Positions 23,837 through 37,305 of a DNA stretch of 64,000 nucleotides are shown here, piece by piece. The position numbers were made by a program, and so were the translations under genes. Position 1 is the first letter of the stretch. Each line of letters begins with the position of its first letter. The stretch is from NCBI RefSeq assembly GCF_006345805.1, contig NC_042999.1, forward strand, positions 20,646,001 to 20,710,000, given 5' to 3'. This stretch comes from Octopus sinensis (Eukaryota). The notes under the pieces were generated by a model. That model saw only the letters and a program-made list of their open reading frames with translations, made no database searches and was not told the origin of the DNA.

Positions 23837-26199
23837 TGTGTGTGTATACATATATATATATATTTATATTTGTGTGTGTGTATGTATGTATATCTTCACA
23901 CGCACATATACGTACCTACATGCATACATGCATATATAATTCATTGCCGTCTCAGTTATGTCAAAAACAAAATTGCTGACTACCTCATTTCATAGTACCA
24001 CATCTATATATATATATATTTCTTGATTCTGTCCATAAGTTTGTGGACAATAATTTTTTTTAATATCATAATTTACATTTCTCATTGATTGGCAACCATT
24101 TTTCTATCTCTTTTATATTCGTAAGCCAATATTTGAAGCTATAGAAATCACTCTCTTACACCTCAATATATTTTTCTTTTTGGTTTTTCGTTTCCCATCC
24201 TACTTCTTCTTAGAAAAGACGTTTTCTCTATTTTTTTGTTTTGTTTTTTAATCATCTTATCTGTATCATGCAATCTCTCTATACAAAATATATTCTAAAG
24301 AAAATCTTTTAGTTTTGCTGTTCAAAAATGAACAACTGACTGTATATCTGCATAATTTTTACCTAGATTTTCCAAAGTGCTTGAGAAAGTTTCATAACTG
24401 ATAAACATTTTATGTCATTTCGTCAAAGTGGCTTTTATTGAACAGGCAATCTATATATTTTATAGTAACTCAAAGGGTGTTCTTCTACATCATTGACACT
24501 CTAATATACAGGTCTATCACAATTGTTTAGAGATTTCATCATTCATATTACATTTTTCTTTTATATTCAGTTTATTCAGAGTAAAACCACCATTATATGA
24601 AACCAACAAATATCACTTGAAGAATTTCATATTTATATTTCTTATATATGATACTGCTAGAGTAGTTTCTGATTTTTCGGATTATTAACCCATCTGTCAT
24701 ATTCTATTTTATGCTGAATTCTTCCTTCAGCCTTTTTTTTTTCTAATACATAACTTGTGTCGTAGGTGTAGTTATGTCTGTTGAAATTTTGCATTAGCTT
24801 GGAAGATTTTACGTTCAGAATCATTCTGGGAATAGGTATTTATGCAGATGACCAAATTCGAAAAGTAGTGTACTAAATAGAAACATGAAAAATGGGTTTA
24901 ATTAACCATAAATTTCAAACAAATCCCTTAACAAATTTTGTTATTCATAACGTGTTTTCTTTTTATGTATGAACTGTTCACGTTGTAATAAGGTTGAAAA
25001 ATAAAGCTTCGTTCCTGCTTACAGCTTGCGGAACTGCATAAAAAATATTTTTATCGTAATGTTTTATGGTATTTTGTAGCGCCATTCTTCCTTTACGCCT
25101 GTTCTTTATTGCGTTCGAAAATTGAATAAATATTTCCTCTTTTCAAACACATGATGATGGAGTGCTAAATAAGAAAAAAAGAGCATGTTCTACACCTGCT
25201 TCTCCTCGCTTTCGATCAAAGTTCCAAAGCTTCTAAAGCCGATAGAAACATTTGCGCTGTTTAGAGAGAAGTTACTGAAAGGAAACTGCATACAAATTCA
25301 GTGTTCGGGCTAAATGTGATAGTCTGGATAAAGGGAGAAGTCACGAAATCCCGTGCAAAAATATAATAATTTTGGAACATGAAAAATTATCAAATAGATT
25401 ATGGCCGGGAGATAACAGCATACTCAATGCACCTCGGTCTCACCTTCCACCAAGGTGCAAAGATGGTTTGGAACATGACACATGCATTCTTCCCTGTGGC
25501 CTAGGGAAGACCTTTGAACATCTTGATCTTAGCAACTGGCTTGGTCTTCACGGTACATGCAGAGCGGCAGGTGTGTTTCGAAAATGCACCACACACATAG
25601 TGAACCATAGGATTACAATAAGGAAATTAGAAGGCCGGCAATTGGGATTGATAATTTAGTAGAAATCCTTCGACCACCACTTCCGGCTTTTCTGGAGGTA
25701 TAACAAGGAGTCAAATCCTACTATCACATATATTTATTTTTGCAGCAATCTTTTCCAGCTAGGTGTTTGACTGGTCTCTAGCATTTTCTCAATGCCATCT
25801 GAATTGAGTCTAAGGCCATGTTGAAAAGTATAGGGATGTATTTAAGCATGCAGACAAAGTCACAACGCCCCTTTTGTCCCTTCATGTTGCCCTCGTCTTC
25901 GTTGTCTCTGTCTCCACTGTCGTAAGGTCTAAGATCATTTACAATGCTCACAGAGTATTGAGCACCCGCCGCCATTTACCTTGATATGGGTAACTCTGTT
26001 CCAATATTCCGATGGCTTCCCTTTCTCCATATCAGCTGACGTTGTTTGACTTACAACTCTAATCTTTATGCTCTTCAACTCCGTTGACTGTTCACCAATA
26101 CATCAGGCTATTCTTGAAAAAAGGAAGACAAAATATTGTCAAATTTAGCGCGAACACTCGGTGGTTTTCACCCTTGGAGTAGAAGAACTTCGATCTCGT

Positions 26200-26665
26200 G
26201 CTCTGTTCGTATTTCAGCCGATTTGTTCAGTTCAATGCGGATCGGGTGAAGCAGAATTTGCACCAGTCCACACGGGAGTTACCTCAGCAGATGTGTTGCT
26301 ATCCCGATACTATCCACAGTCATCATCTCTCGGTGAGTAATCCAGCTGAAACAATTGGCTCGGCGACTGAGTGCGCTTCTCCCCTGCGACAGCACTCGCC
26401 CCTATATCACTTATTTGAGCGGAATGCTATTCAAGAGGTTGGTTTGATGCTTCTATCACGTCTACAGTATTCTTCTAATACATCCCCTTCAGATTATTGC
26501 ATTTTTTGATCGCTATCCAACAGTCTCCATGGCGTTTCGATCAACGACGACGGAAACGTAGCTTGTTGAATTTTTCGAATCAAGACAAAGTGATATTTAC
26601 CGTCAAGGCATCGCCCAGTTAGTGGAACGTTGGCAGTCGTGAATAATGAAGAACATATCATTGAC
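26200..26665 (+). mobile_element. Internally deleted mariner transposase relic
   Basis: QSTRELPQQMCC (HTH) is fused to QYSSNTSPSDYCIF*SLSNSLHGVSIND...EFFESRQSDIYRQGIAQLVERWQ (YSPDLAPSD and C-terminus); the DD34D middle is missing. Confidence 0.7.
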
Positions 26666-27549
26666 TGATTTTTAAAATTTGCAAATGAATGAAAGTAAGT
26701 GAAAAAATAAAACTACTTTTAACTGACAATTCGAGGTGTAGACGTGCGCTAAGTTTAATTCCTAACTAAATGTTTCCAGATTGAGTCCAACTGCGTGGCA
26801 ACATTAGCAAGTGTCTTCTACTATAACCTCATATTAGCTACAGTCTTGTGTCTGCATTTGGTAGACAGAAACTAAAATTAGTAACTACACCCGCAACTGC
26901 AATACTATCATTTATTTTATTTATTTATTATTGTTTTTTGATTTTTGTTAAAATTATTCTTTTCAGCTGTCTACAAATAGAGCCAGGCTGAAATAAGTAA
27001 TTCATTCTTTCAGGAGTGAATTTTAAAAATCTCAAATTTGAGGGGATGGGCCCCTTAGATACTAACATGGGCTCCCATATATGGATTCTAATTGTGCAGA
27101 GGACCACTTGACATCGAGTAAGCTGGCAACCTGGCCAGTCCTCCACTGTAAATACACACATATACATACATAGACAGACTTACATACGTGTACACACGGA
27201 CATATATGTTGTTCATTATGAATGAGAAACAAGAAAAATATGAATAAGAAATATTCATAGTGTCTACTTATATCCAGTTGTGTTATATCTCCGCGGTTAT
27301 CAGGAATTTAATTATTTTGGGTGTTATGTGGTATGTCGCGGACAAAATAGTGAAATACACGCGGGTCGATACAAGCGAGGTAAATATGGCAATTCACAAC
27401 TCCAATGCTATTGTAATCAGGAAACAATCTAAAAGGAAGCTTTGTAGATTAATCCATCCAAGCTATTGGTTAGAGTACACTATATAGGCTTACCATTTGA
27501 TGAACGGAATTTACAGTACACGTAGAGTTCATGTAATATGTAACCTGTT

Positions 27550-28262
27550 TAAGGCGGGGAGCTGGCAGCAACGTTAGTATGCCAGGCGAAATGCGTAGCC
27601 GTATTTCGTCTGCCGTTACGTTCTGAGTTCAAATTCCGCCGAGGTCGACTTTACCTTCATCCTTTCGTGGTCGATAAATTAACTATCAGTTACGAACTGG
27701 GGTAAATGTAATCAACTTAATCCGTTTGTCTGTCCTTGTTTGTCCCCTCTGTGTTTAGCCCCCTTGTGAGTAGTAAAGAAATAGGTATTTCATCTACCAC
27801 TACGTTCTGACTTCAAATTCCGCCGAGGTCAACTTTGCCTTCCATCCTTTCCGGCTCGATTAAATAAGCAGCCGTTACGCACTGGGTTCGATATAATCGA
27901 CTTAATCCGTTTATGTGTCCTTGTTTGTACTCTCTACGTGTAGCCCTTGCGAGCAGTAAAGAAATATGAAACTTTAGCACGCCGGGTGAAATGCTTAGCG
28001 GTATTTGGTCTGCCGTTAGGTTCTGAGTTCAAATCCTGCCGAGGTCGACTTTGCCTCTCATCCTTTCGGGATCGTTGAATTAATCACCAGTTGCGTACTT
28101 GGGTCGATGTAATCTAATTGACTGGCTCCCCCTCCCCCCAAATTTCGGGCCTTGTGCCTTGAGTAGAAAATGATATTCAATCTGTTTGAGGTGGCGAGCT
28201 AGCAGAAACGTTAGCACGCCTTGGCGAAATGCTTAGCCGTATTTCGTCTGTCTTTACGTTTG
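27550..28262 (+). mobile_element. Cluster/multimer of SINE family C
   Basis: Head plus two bodies, then a further head plus body, then a truncated head. Confidence 0.88.
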
Positions 28263-29464
28263 TACCTAGAATAAAAAAGAATATTTAATCTGTTTCAAAA
28301 GAAATATACTTGAAACTTACGGTTTTATAAAATGCACGAAAACAAATCGGAAATAATATTCCACTCCTAGGCAAGAGCCCTTGTTTCACTTCCTTGACAT
28401 CATCACGGTTTGTGATGTTTGTTTTCGTAATTGAGCAGGTGTCACATAGGCAGCTATCTTTTTATTTTTGCCTTTCACTGCATATGCTTTATTTTCTCGT
28501 ATATTTTCAGAAATTTTATGTATCTTGAATTCACTACTCCTAAACGAATTTCTGTGTTATCTTTTCTCTCCAGTTTTAAAACTGTTCCCGCTTCAACTCA
28601 TTATATCTCGACATTGTACAATTAACAAATTTTACGTAGACTTTCTATATTACTTCCTTCCAAAGACAACTTCTACCCTGATGGAAACTGTTAGCATTCA
28701 GATTGCTTTATCAGCGTATCGTTAGAAATTCACGTTATTATATAACTCATACAGCTACATTTTATTGAAGCTGCGTGGAATCAGAGTGTGATAAGCGAAA
28801 GTACAAATTAATCAGTGGAAAGTAGATAGCTGATATATGTATAGTATTATTTAGTTTATATTTATAAAAGTTTATTCTTTTCTTTCTCAATTTAACATAG
28901 TTGAATGTAGGTTCCTCAATGTATTTATGCTTATCACTATAGCCACTTCTGCCTAAGTTATTTCTATTATTGCAAAGTTTTATTAACTATCACCAATATA
29001 TCTATGTACGACGATAGATAGACATCCGAGAAAGTTCATATCTACTGTAAATTTTATAAATATTCTACAAGAATATCTATAGAAAATTGATGGGCAGGAC
29101 TCGACAATACCAAATTGATTTAAGCTATATTTAATCTTTATCTCCGATATTCTTGAATGACATTGAGGTACACCTGATTTAACGTTGCTTTAAATTCGTT
29201 GTGCACTATACTTTCTGTACGCATATTCAATTTAAAATTACTACTTTGTTCAAATTTTATTAGAGTAAGGAGTCTGCGTGTTTGACTGGCTGTAAAATTG
29301 AAAGCTACGTAATATTTACTTGGTTTGAGGAGTTCTATTCGGTAAATTACAGTAAATTGCTTTACTCAGGTGGTAACCTTGTAGTTTATGGGAATGTAAC
29401 ATTTGGAATATTGCAAAGTTCTGCTATAAATTACTATAGAGAGCGTAAATAAACTTAAACCTAT

Positions 29465-29870
29465 TAAGGCGGTGAACTGGCAGAATCGTTAGCACGCCGG
29501 CCGGAATGTTTAGCAGTATTTCGACCGCCGTTACGTTCTGAGTTCAACTTTGCCTTTCATCCGTTCGGGGTCGATAAATTAAGTACCAGTTACGCACTGG
29601 GATCGATGTAATCGACTTAATCCGTTTGTCTGTCCTTGTTTGTCCTCTCTGTTTTTGGCCTCTTGTTGGTAGTAAAGAAATAGGTATTTCGGCTGCCGTT
29701 ATGTTCTGAGTTCAAATTCTGCCGAGATCGGCTTTGCCTTCCCTCCCTTCGAGGTCGATTAAATAAATACCAGTTAGGCACTGGGGTTGATGTAAACGAC
29801 TTAATCGCTTTGTCTGTCCTTGTCTGTCCCCTCTATGTTTAGCCTTCTGTGGCCAATAAAGAAATAAACT
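29465..29870 (+). mobile_element. SINE family C dimer
   Basis: Head plus two bodies with the AAAGAAATAGGTATTTC junction. Confidence 0.88.
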
Positions 29871-31331
29871 ATATTTATGGGCAAAAGCTGGTTTAGCTGC
29901 TATGTTGTGCATGACTAGGCTGTTTCAGTATGTTGACGATTGTATCAGTGTCACAAATGGTCACGGGTAGAAAGTTCTATATCATATAACACAGATGTTT
30001 ATATTTATTTATTTTCTCGCTTAACACTGAACCATTTCTTCAGTGCCTAGCTCCCCAGCAACAAATAAATATATATTGGGATTACATTTAAAAAAGGGGA
30101 TTAAGATACACGACTAGCAATTAAATAACCAGCAGTTAAAATTATCCCAATGTAATTCTTCAAGTATTGAGTAATTTATCGTATATCTAACTGTATGATC
30201 CTTAGCATTAAATACACCCGAATACATGTCCGTGAGGAGTGGGGGTTGGGGGAGTATGCATGTTCTGATTTTAATTATTTGAACAAGTCTTCTCTGTGCA
30301 GGGGACATCAAGTAATTCTAACAAAAATATAAAGCTCCACATTTGGCATTTTTATAATAAAAATCAGTGCCACACTTTTAACACGAGCAAAGTCATGTAT
30401 ATTTTTTATTGTTCCGCTTATGTATATATGGATGAATGTATAGATAGATGGATATATGTTTGTACGTATAATTTACGTTCAGGCATTTACAGTAAGTGTT
30501 TTCAAACAACCTCAAGTATGAAAATAAACCTGTCTCCAAACCTGGTGATATTTCTACGGCGTTCCTAGGTTTTTTTGGTTGGTCTTGTGTTCACATAGGT
30601 TTTATAAATTTTTATGAAATCCCTGCGTACAAGCTTTATAGATTTAGTCAGAGATTACTATGTTTTAGCAGTGCATAGTTTGCATTACCATGTGACATTC
30701 AAACGGTGTCAGTTTTGTTTTTTTTTTCATTACCCATCTGATGTTGGAATTCTCCATGCGTTCTTATGTCGGTTCCATGACATTACTTCATCAGATTTAT
30801 GGTTTGCGTAGTGGCTCTTGAAGCTGCCTTCACACGTGCGTAAGTATGATATAATGTTATAGAACTAGTTTTTGTATATCGGTTGCTGGTTTATGGTTCC
30901 GGTATTGTCAGTCATGAGGCCGTAAAACTTTAATTCCACATTTATGGTTGTCTCAACTACAGCAGTATATACAGTGGCTTATGCTGCTTTTCTCTATCAC
31001 TTTGCTAAAACTTGTGGTACACAGGAATGATTTATGCATTGTACTCTGAATATTTTTATTATTTATCTTCCTGCATAGTAGGAAATATTTGTGTATTAGC
31101 GTTAAGAAGTATTTAGGTATGCATGGTGTTAACGTGATACGAAATTCCTTTTGAACAAGGCTTTGAACTCACTCGCCGTATTACTCACTGTTGCGAAGAA
31201 TAAAAGTAATCGATTCCTCAACATCCTATGTTATAAATATATATTTTAATATGGATTCAGTCACTATATTATTGTATTTAAGAAATAGGGTTTCGTAATT
31301 TTTTTTCTTTTTTTTTTTTTGAATTTTAAGA

Positions 31332-31418
31332 ATATACGGCCATATCACGTTGGAAGCAACTTCGAGGCTAGTTAGTACTTAGATGGGTGACTGTTTGGGA
31401 AACCTATGTGCTGTAAGC
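31332..31418 (+). pseudogene. 5S rRNA pseudogene with internal deletion
   Basis: TACGGCCATATCACGTTG joined to AAGCAAC...GTTAGTACTTAGATGGGTGACTG..TGGGAA.C..TGTGCTGTAAGC matches both ends of metazoan 5S rRNA with ~30 nt missing; a T-run follows. Confidence 0.8.
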
Positions 31419-31434
31419 GTCACACATTTTTTTA

Positions 31435-31890
31435 GGCGCAGGAGTGGCTCTGTGGTAAGTATTTTGCTTACCAGCCACATGGTTCTGGGTTCAGTCCCAT
31501 TGCGTGGCAAATTGAGCAAGTGTCTTCTACTATAGCCTCGAGCCGACCAAAGCCTTGTGAGTGGATTTGGTACATGGAAACTGAAAGAAGCCCGTCGTAT
31601 GTATATATATATGTGTGTGTATCTGCGTGTCTGTGTGGTTGTGTGTGTGTGTGTGTGTGTGTGCTTGTGTGTGTGTGTGTGTGTCTGTGTTTCCCCCCTC
31701 CCAACATTTCTCAACAACCAATGCTGGTGTGTTAACGTCCCCGTAACTTAGCGTTTCGGCAAAAGAGACCGATAGAATAAGTACTAGGCTTACAAAGAAT
31801 AAATCCTTGGGTTGATTTGCTCGACTAAAGGCGATGCTCCAGCATGGCCGCAGACAAATGACTGAAACAATTAAAAGAAAATAAAAGAAA
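31435..31890 (+). mobile_element. SINE family B
   Basis: Homologous to 1632-2047. Confidence 0.9.
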
Positions 31891-32775
31891 AAATAATCAA
31901 CAAACCTAATGTATACAATATTTGAAACGAAAAATATATATGTTAATATCTGGGGATGTTAATTATGTCCTGCAAAACAGTCCTTTTAAGATTAGATTTT
32001 ACATTTCCCTTTCAAAGTTTGTGTATTTCACCAGCATAGTTAATAATATCGTAAAGTTAACTGACGTATACTTTCACACATTGCATGTCAATAGTTCTTA
32101 TGTTCATACATACAAGCTCTGAAGAGCGAAACATCGATCCTTTAGTTTGATGACCTAACTACAAGACGTAGCCGTAGTCAAACTTGGAGTATATTTAAAC
32201 CATGGTTTGCTCTATCAAGTTTAAATTGCGGCTGCAGGAAAACAAGAACACAAATAAAGACCTCGATGACATTTTCAACGACACTTATTACAACTGTGTG
32301 CTTAAAACACATAAATAACTTTGCAGAAAATGACAGCAATATAATCTGTAAATGATATCGCAGTCTATTATCACACAACATTGCTTAACTTTCAACATTT
32401 TGCTGACCTTGTATTTGTTTATTGCCGCGCTTCGGTTTTAAAAAACGAAATATCGATCGATTTCTCAGCTCGTAAATAATCGTGTCATATTTTGCAAAAC
32501 GCCAGCAAGTGAAGGACAGGGGTTAGTCAATTACGTCGACGCCAGTGTTAAACTGGTGCTTATTTTATCGACCGTGAAATGATCAAAGGCCAAATTCGGT
32601 GAAATTTGAACAAAGAACGTAAAGACGGACGGAATGCTGCTTGGTGTTTTACACGGCATGCAAATGATTCTGCCAGTTCGGCACATTTCAGATCATAAAT
32701 ATACAAGACAACAATAATGAAGATGGCAACAACAGCAATAACTAGAATGAAAGCAACGTCAATAATAATAATGAT

Positions 32776-32827
<52 letters not shown>

Positions 32828-32845
32828 GTAATAATAATAATAATG

Positions 32846-32889
<44 letters not shown>

Positions 32890-34180
32890 CTGGAATATGA
32901 GTGAAGTAAAGAATATAGATAGAAAAATACGCAAGCTGCTGAGTTGTAATAGGATGCACCACCCAAAGGCAGACGTAGATCGCCTTTACCTTCCCAGAGC
33001 CCAAGGAGGTCGAGGCCTGATCCAATTTGAACTAGCTTACAAAACAACCACAATTGGAATGGACAAATATCTCGAAATATCGAATGACTGGATGCTAAAG
33101 CTCGTGGAAAATCACGAGAGACGAAAGAAGCTTCATTCTATCATAAAGGAAAGCAAAAACTTTGCTATTGATCTCGTGCAGGATACCCAAACTGAACAAC
33201 CCGAGGGAATGATGGCAATGAAAAAAGCGCACGAGCAATTGGCTGATAGGTGGGAGGAGAAACCTCTGCACGGCAAATATGTGACCCGCAGCAAACAAGC
33301 TGATGTTGACCAGAAGCAAACCCATCAGTGGCTACGGAGCTCAGGGCTAAAAGCAGAGAGCGAAGGTTTCATCCTGCCTGCTCAAGATCAAAGCCTATTA
33401 ACCCGGAACTACCAGGCCAATGTGATGAAAAATGGAGCAGACCCAAAATGCCGATTCTGCAACGACATGATTGAAACAGTGGACCACCTAATCTCTGGAT
33501 GTAAAGTCTTAGCACCAGTGGAGTATAAATTAAGACATGACAGAGTTGGCCAATATCTCCACTGGCTAATAAGTTGGCATTACAATATCAAAACTGCCGA
33601 CAAGTGGTATAATCACCACCCTGAGGCTGTAACTGAAGGAGAAAATGTAACCATTCTGTGGGACTTTCCAGTACATACAGACCGAACCATCAAGGCCAAT
33701 AAACCAGATATTGTTGTGAAAGACCAAAACAATAAAGTTTGCTTATTGATCGACATGAGCATCCCCTGTGATCATAATATCTCAGCGAAAGAGTTTGGCA
33801 AGCTCAGAAAATATAAAGACCTACTCATTGAAATTGAGAAAATGTGGCATCTCAAGGCGGTTACAATACCAGTGATCGTAGGAGCACTAGGAATGATCAA
33901 GAAGGGAACCGAAAATTATATGAGAATGATCCCTGGCTTACCATCCCTGCAAGAAGTGCAAAAGATTGTCTTAACTGGTACATCACACGTATTGAGAAGA
34001 GCATTGTCGATGTGAGAACTGTTGCTGCTCATGTATTTTAATTTAACTTTAAAAAAAAAAAAAATGAACGAACTACTGAGTTTGGTTTAATGGCCTACCA
34101 ATGTATACTATGAGTTTCTTTGCCCTAGGAGTCGGGAAGACACTCGGCAAGAAATGGAAACAAATTTTAAAGGAAAAAAA
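32890..34180 (+). mobile_element. 5'-truncated Dong/R4-clade non-LTR retrotransposon inserted in (TAA)n
   Basis: (TAA)n directly on both sides; open C-terminal ORF; 3' UTR also found at 44152-44250. (TAA)n targeting is established for Dong elements. Confidence 0.9.
32897..34015 (+). CDS. C-terminal part of Dong/R4 ORF: post-RT region, CCHC knuckle, restriction-like endonuclease (372 aa; truncated, ATG not native)
   Basis: RLYLPRAQGGRGL, KPLHGKY, CRFC...ETVDHLISGC, RHDRV, ILWDF, KPDIVV, LIDMSIP, KYKDL, VIVGALG; no stop codons. Confidence 0.9.
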   Translation: MSEVKNIDRKIRKLLSCNRMHHPKADVDRLYLPRAQGGRGLIQFELAYKTTTIGMDKYLEISNDWMLKLVENHERRKKLHSIIKESKNFAIDLVQDTQTEQPEGMMAMKKAHEQLADRWEEKPLHGKYVTRSKQADVDQKQTHQWLRSSGLKAESEGFILPAQDQSLLTRNYQANVMKNGADPKCRFCNDMIETVDHLISGCKVLAPVEYKLRHDRVGQYLHWLISWHYNIKTADKWYNHHPEAVTEGENVTILWDFPVHTDRTIKANKPDIVVKDQNNKVCLLIDMSIPCDHNISAKEFGKLRKYKDLLIEIEKMWHLKAVTIPVIVGALGMIKKGTENYMRMIPGLPSLQEVQKIVLTGTSHVLRRALSM

Positions 34181-34198
34181 AATAATAATAATAATAAT

Positions 34199-34234
<36 letters not shown>

Positions 34235-34379
34235 TATTATTATTATTATAATAACAATAATAATTCCTTTATTAACCACAATGGTTTACTTGAAGAAATA
34301 CGTTACGGACAGTACAGGAAAAAAACAAGAAATGTGTGGTTATGTGTGTCAGTGCGTGTAGTTGTGAGGAAAGTAAATG

Positions 34380-35675
34380 CTACGGCTTGTTTGCCAAAAT
34401 AGATGCAGAAAAAACTCATATACTATTGCCAAGGAAGCTTGAAAATTCGCAAGGGAACTCGTCATCAAACCCTGAATCAGAGGAAGAACCTGGAAACGCT
34501 GCTACCATTGCAAAACGGATCAAACAGATTGGGAAAAGAAACGGGCAGAAATTAAGGAGCAATGCAGCCAGAAGCCTGTAGATGTACAGTATATATTTCA
34601 AAGCCAAAATGCTGATGTATACCAAGCAACAACCCATCAGTGGCTGAGAAGCTCAGGACTGAAAGCAGAGACTGAACGTTTCATATTGGCGGCACAAGAT
34701 CAAAGCTTTCTCACAAAAAAAAAAACTACCACGCTAACGTTCTCCAAAATGGTTCTGACCCTAAATATAGATTCTGCAATAAATTTGATGAAACAATAGA
34801 CATATACTGACATCAAAGTAAAACATAGCTATGAAAGTGTTGGACAGTATTTACGTTGGAAAAATATGTAAACTCTACAATATCATCACTCCTGCTTACA
34901 TGTATGAACATCATCTTGAGCCAGTTGTTGAAGATAAACATGTCACTATCTTCTGGGATTTTGCAGTCAACACCGACAGAACAATCCATGCGAATCGACT
35001 AGACATAGTCATTAAAGACAGGGATGAAAAATACTTGTACACTTATACAAGTGAGTGTTCCCACTGATAAAAATTAAATTTGGTAACAAGATGCAGCACG
35101 GATTTTTGTCAGTGAACAGGTCGCGGTCGTAAAGCGACGAAAATATTTTGACAAATTAAACTTAAATGTTGAAGTGAATCGAACGGCTTTTGTGTATTTC
35201 TTAAATAGCTTACAAACACCTTCACGCTGCAATTGTTTTCGTTTCAGCACACGATCTCAGATCAAATCACTTGCTATGCAGGTACATCTCCGTAAACTTG
35301 TAAAGAATTCACAAATTATGTAAATATAGATATTTGAAAAATGAAACAAAAAAGATGTGGCATCTTAAAGGAAGAATTGTTCCTGCTACTATGGGTGGCC
35401 TGTGAATCATAAGAAAGGGATATCAGAAACATCTAGATAATATCCCAGGAAAACCATGCCTACGAGAAATCCGAAAGATTGTCTGAACACATCCTTAGAA
35501 AAACCCTATCCATTTAAATATCTGTTGTATTACATGTAGATATTTCGCTATTGTCCCTGCCATTCCCCTGCCCAAGCTTTCAGTCATACTGTTACGGCTC
35601 TTATCCTTCACTCGCACCACGAACCTAGGTGTGTCTCCGCAAATGATTGTAACAAATATGGAGATTGAAAATAAG

Positions 35676-35690
<15 letters not shown>
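34380..35690 (+). mobile_element. Second, degenerate Dong/R4-like copy, interrupted by a ~230-bp insertion (35089-35325)
   Basis: THQWLRSSGLKAETE, TIFWDFAVNTDRTIHANRLDIVIK and KMWHLKGRIVPA...IPGKPCLREIRKIV, with stops and frameshifts; followed by (TAAA)n/(TAA)n. Confidence 0.85.
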
Positions 35691-35718
<28 letters not shown>

Positions 35719-35723
35719 TAATG

Positions 35724-35757
<34 letters not shown>

Positions 35758-35768
35758 TAATAATAATG

Positions 35769-35820
<52 letters not shown>

Positions 35821-35822
<2 letters not shown>

Positions 35823-36365
35823 GTACCAGGCAGTGGCCCTCATGGCTTCTGATCTTAACTGATTGGAAGTTTTATCATGTATATTGTTTTGTCTTGGTAT
35901 AAAAGATGGGCTACAGCAAATATTCTGCTCAATACCACAGATTTGCTTGTCAGTTGTTTGACCTTAACCAGTTGAGCATGTCCCTTAGTGGCTGACGATA
36001 TGTGCATCTCTGATCACGAGCAGAAGTAGTGGGGGAGCATCATAGCCATGTGTTGAGAGGGATTCTTTGGGGTTTGAATAATTCACCTCTGGAAACATGG
36101 GTGGTTCTTTCAACATCCTTAAACCACCCTTATTCAGGGACCTTTTGAGCGGTATGGGCTACTCAACCTGAAGAAATTTCTAACTGGGCCCCACCTGCAA
36201 GGTCATGTGCTGTTTATCTTGATATGAGATCACCATGTCGCGCACATATGGTTGTGATGCATGTGCCCGGTGTACCCTTATCAGACGGGTAGTCATGATG
36301 TGTATATTGGGCTTCGTATATTTTACCCTATTGTCACTTTGATGGCATGAACTGCTCTCTGACTC
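35821..36365. mobile_element. Unclassified ~545-bp interspersed repeat embedded in (TAA)n
   Basis: (TAA)n on both sides; second partial copy at 18206; no clear Pol III boxes, TIRs or ORF. Confidence 0.7.
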
Positions 36366-36442
<77 letters not shown>

Positions 36443-36461
36443 TGATAATAATAATAATAAT

Positions 36462-36534
<73 letters not shown>

Positions 36535-36999
36535 CTAATCATATTAATTATAGTATCCCAAAATAGATGTAACATTTTTGTAATTATATATATATATATA
36601 TATATATACGTACTTATTCACACACACACATAATGTGTATGTGTGTTTATGTGAGTATGTGTGTGTTTGTGTGTGCGTGTATGTGACTGTGTGTGTGTGT
36701 GTTGTTATTATTATATCTTTATCAGTATAATGAGGTGATTTGTACAACTGAAGCGGCTCAATATTTTCTAACCATAAAACTGATCTAATCAAGATATATC
36801 TACAGGTAAATACAATATATAATTTGTGTTTTATAATCTAGCTTTTGATTTCCAATTTCTCAGCAATAATTCGTCTCCATAACGATCGCCTTAAAAATTC
36901 AAGTGCCTTTTCATCATTGAAGGAATCATGAGTAAACCTAATTTCCAATCTGAAATTACCGATTGCTATGATAATAACATACATACACACAAAAGCACG

Positions 37000-37177
37000 C
37001 CAACCCATTCATGTTTACATATGTATGTATACATACATATGTATGTATACATACATACATCTATATATGTATATGTATATATATATACTTATATATATAT
37101 ATATGTATACATACATATGTATGTATACATACATACATACATCTATATATGTATATGTAAATATATATACTTATATA

Positions 37178-37215
<38 letters not shown>

Positions 37216-37242
37216 CTTATATATATTAGAAGGTTTGGAGAT

Positions 37243-37305
<63 letters not shown>

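Noticed and set aside
25372-26000. GC-richer segment with a 95-aa ORF
   Set aside because: No recognisable motif in any frame; may be a decayed element but unsupported.
30690-31060. Hydrophobic stop-interrupted frame and a GC|GTAAGT donor suggesting a membrane-protein exon or pseudogene
   Set aside because: Multiple stops and no family signature; compatible with AT-rich noise.
32119-32136. CTGAAGAGCGAAACATC hammerhead-like core
   Set aside because: No helix II and no helix I pairing.
32717-32896. N-terminal 60 aa of the 432-aa ORF
   Set aside because: Read-through of the flanking (TAA)n target; the retrotransposon sequence starts at ~32890.
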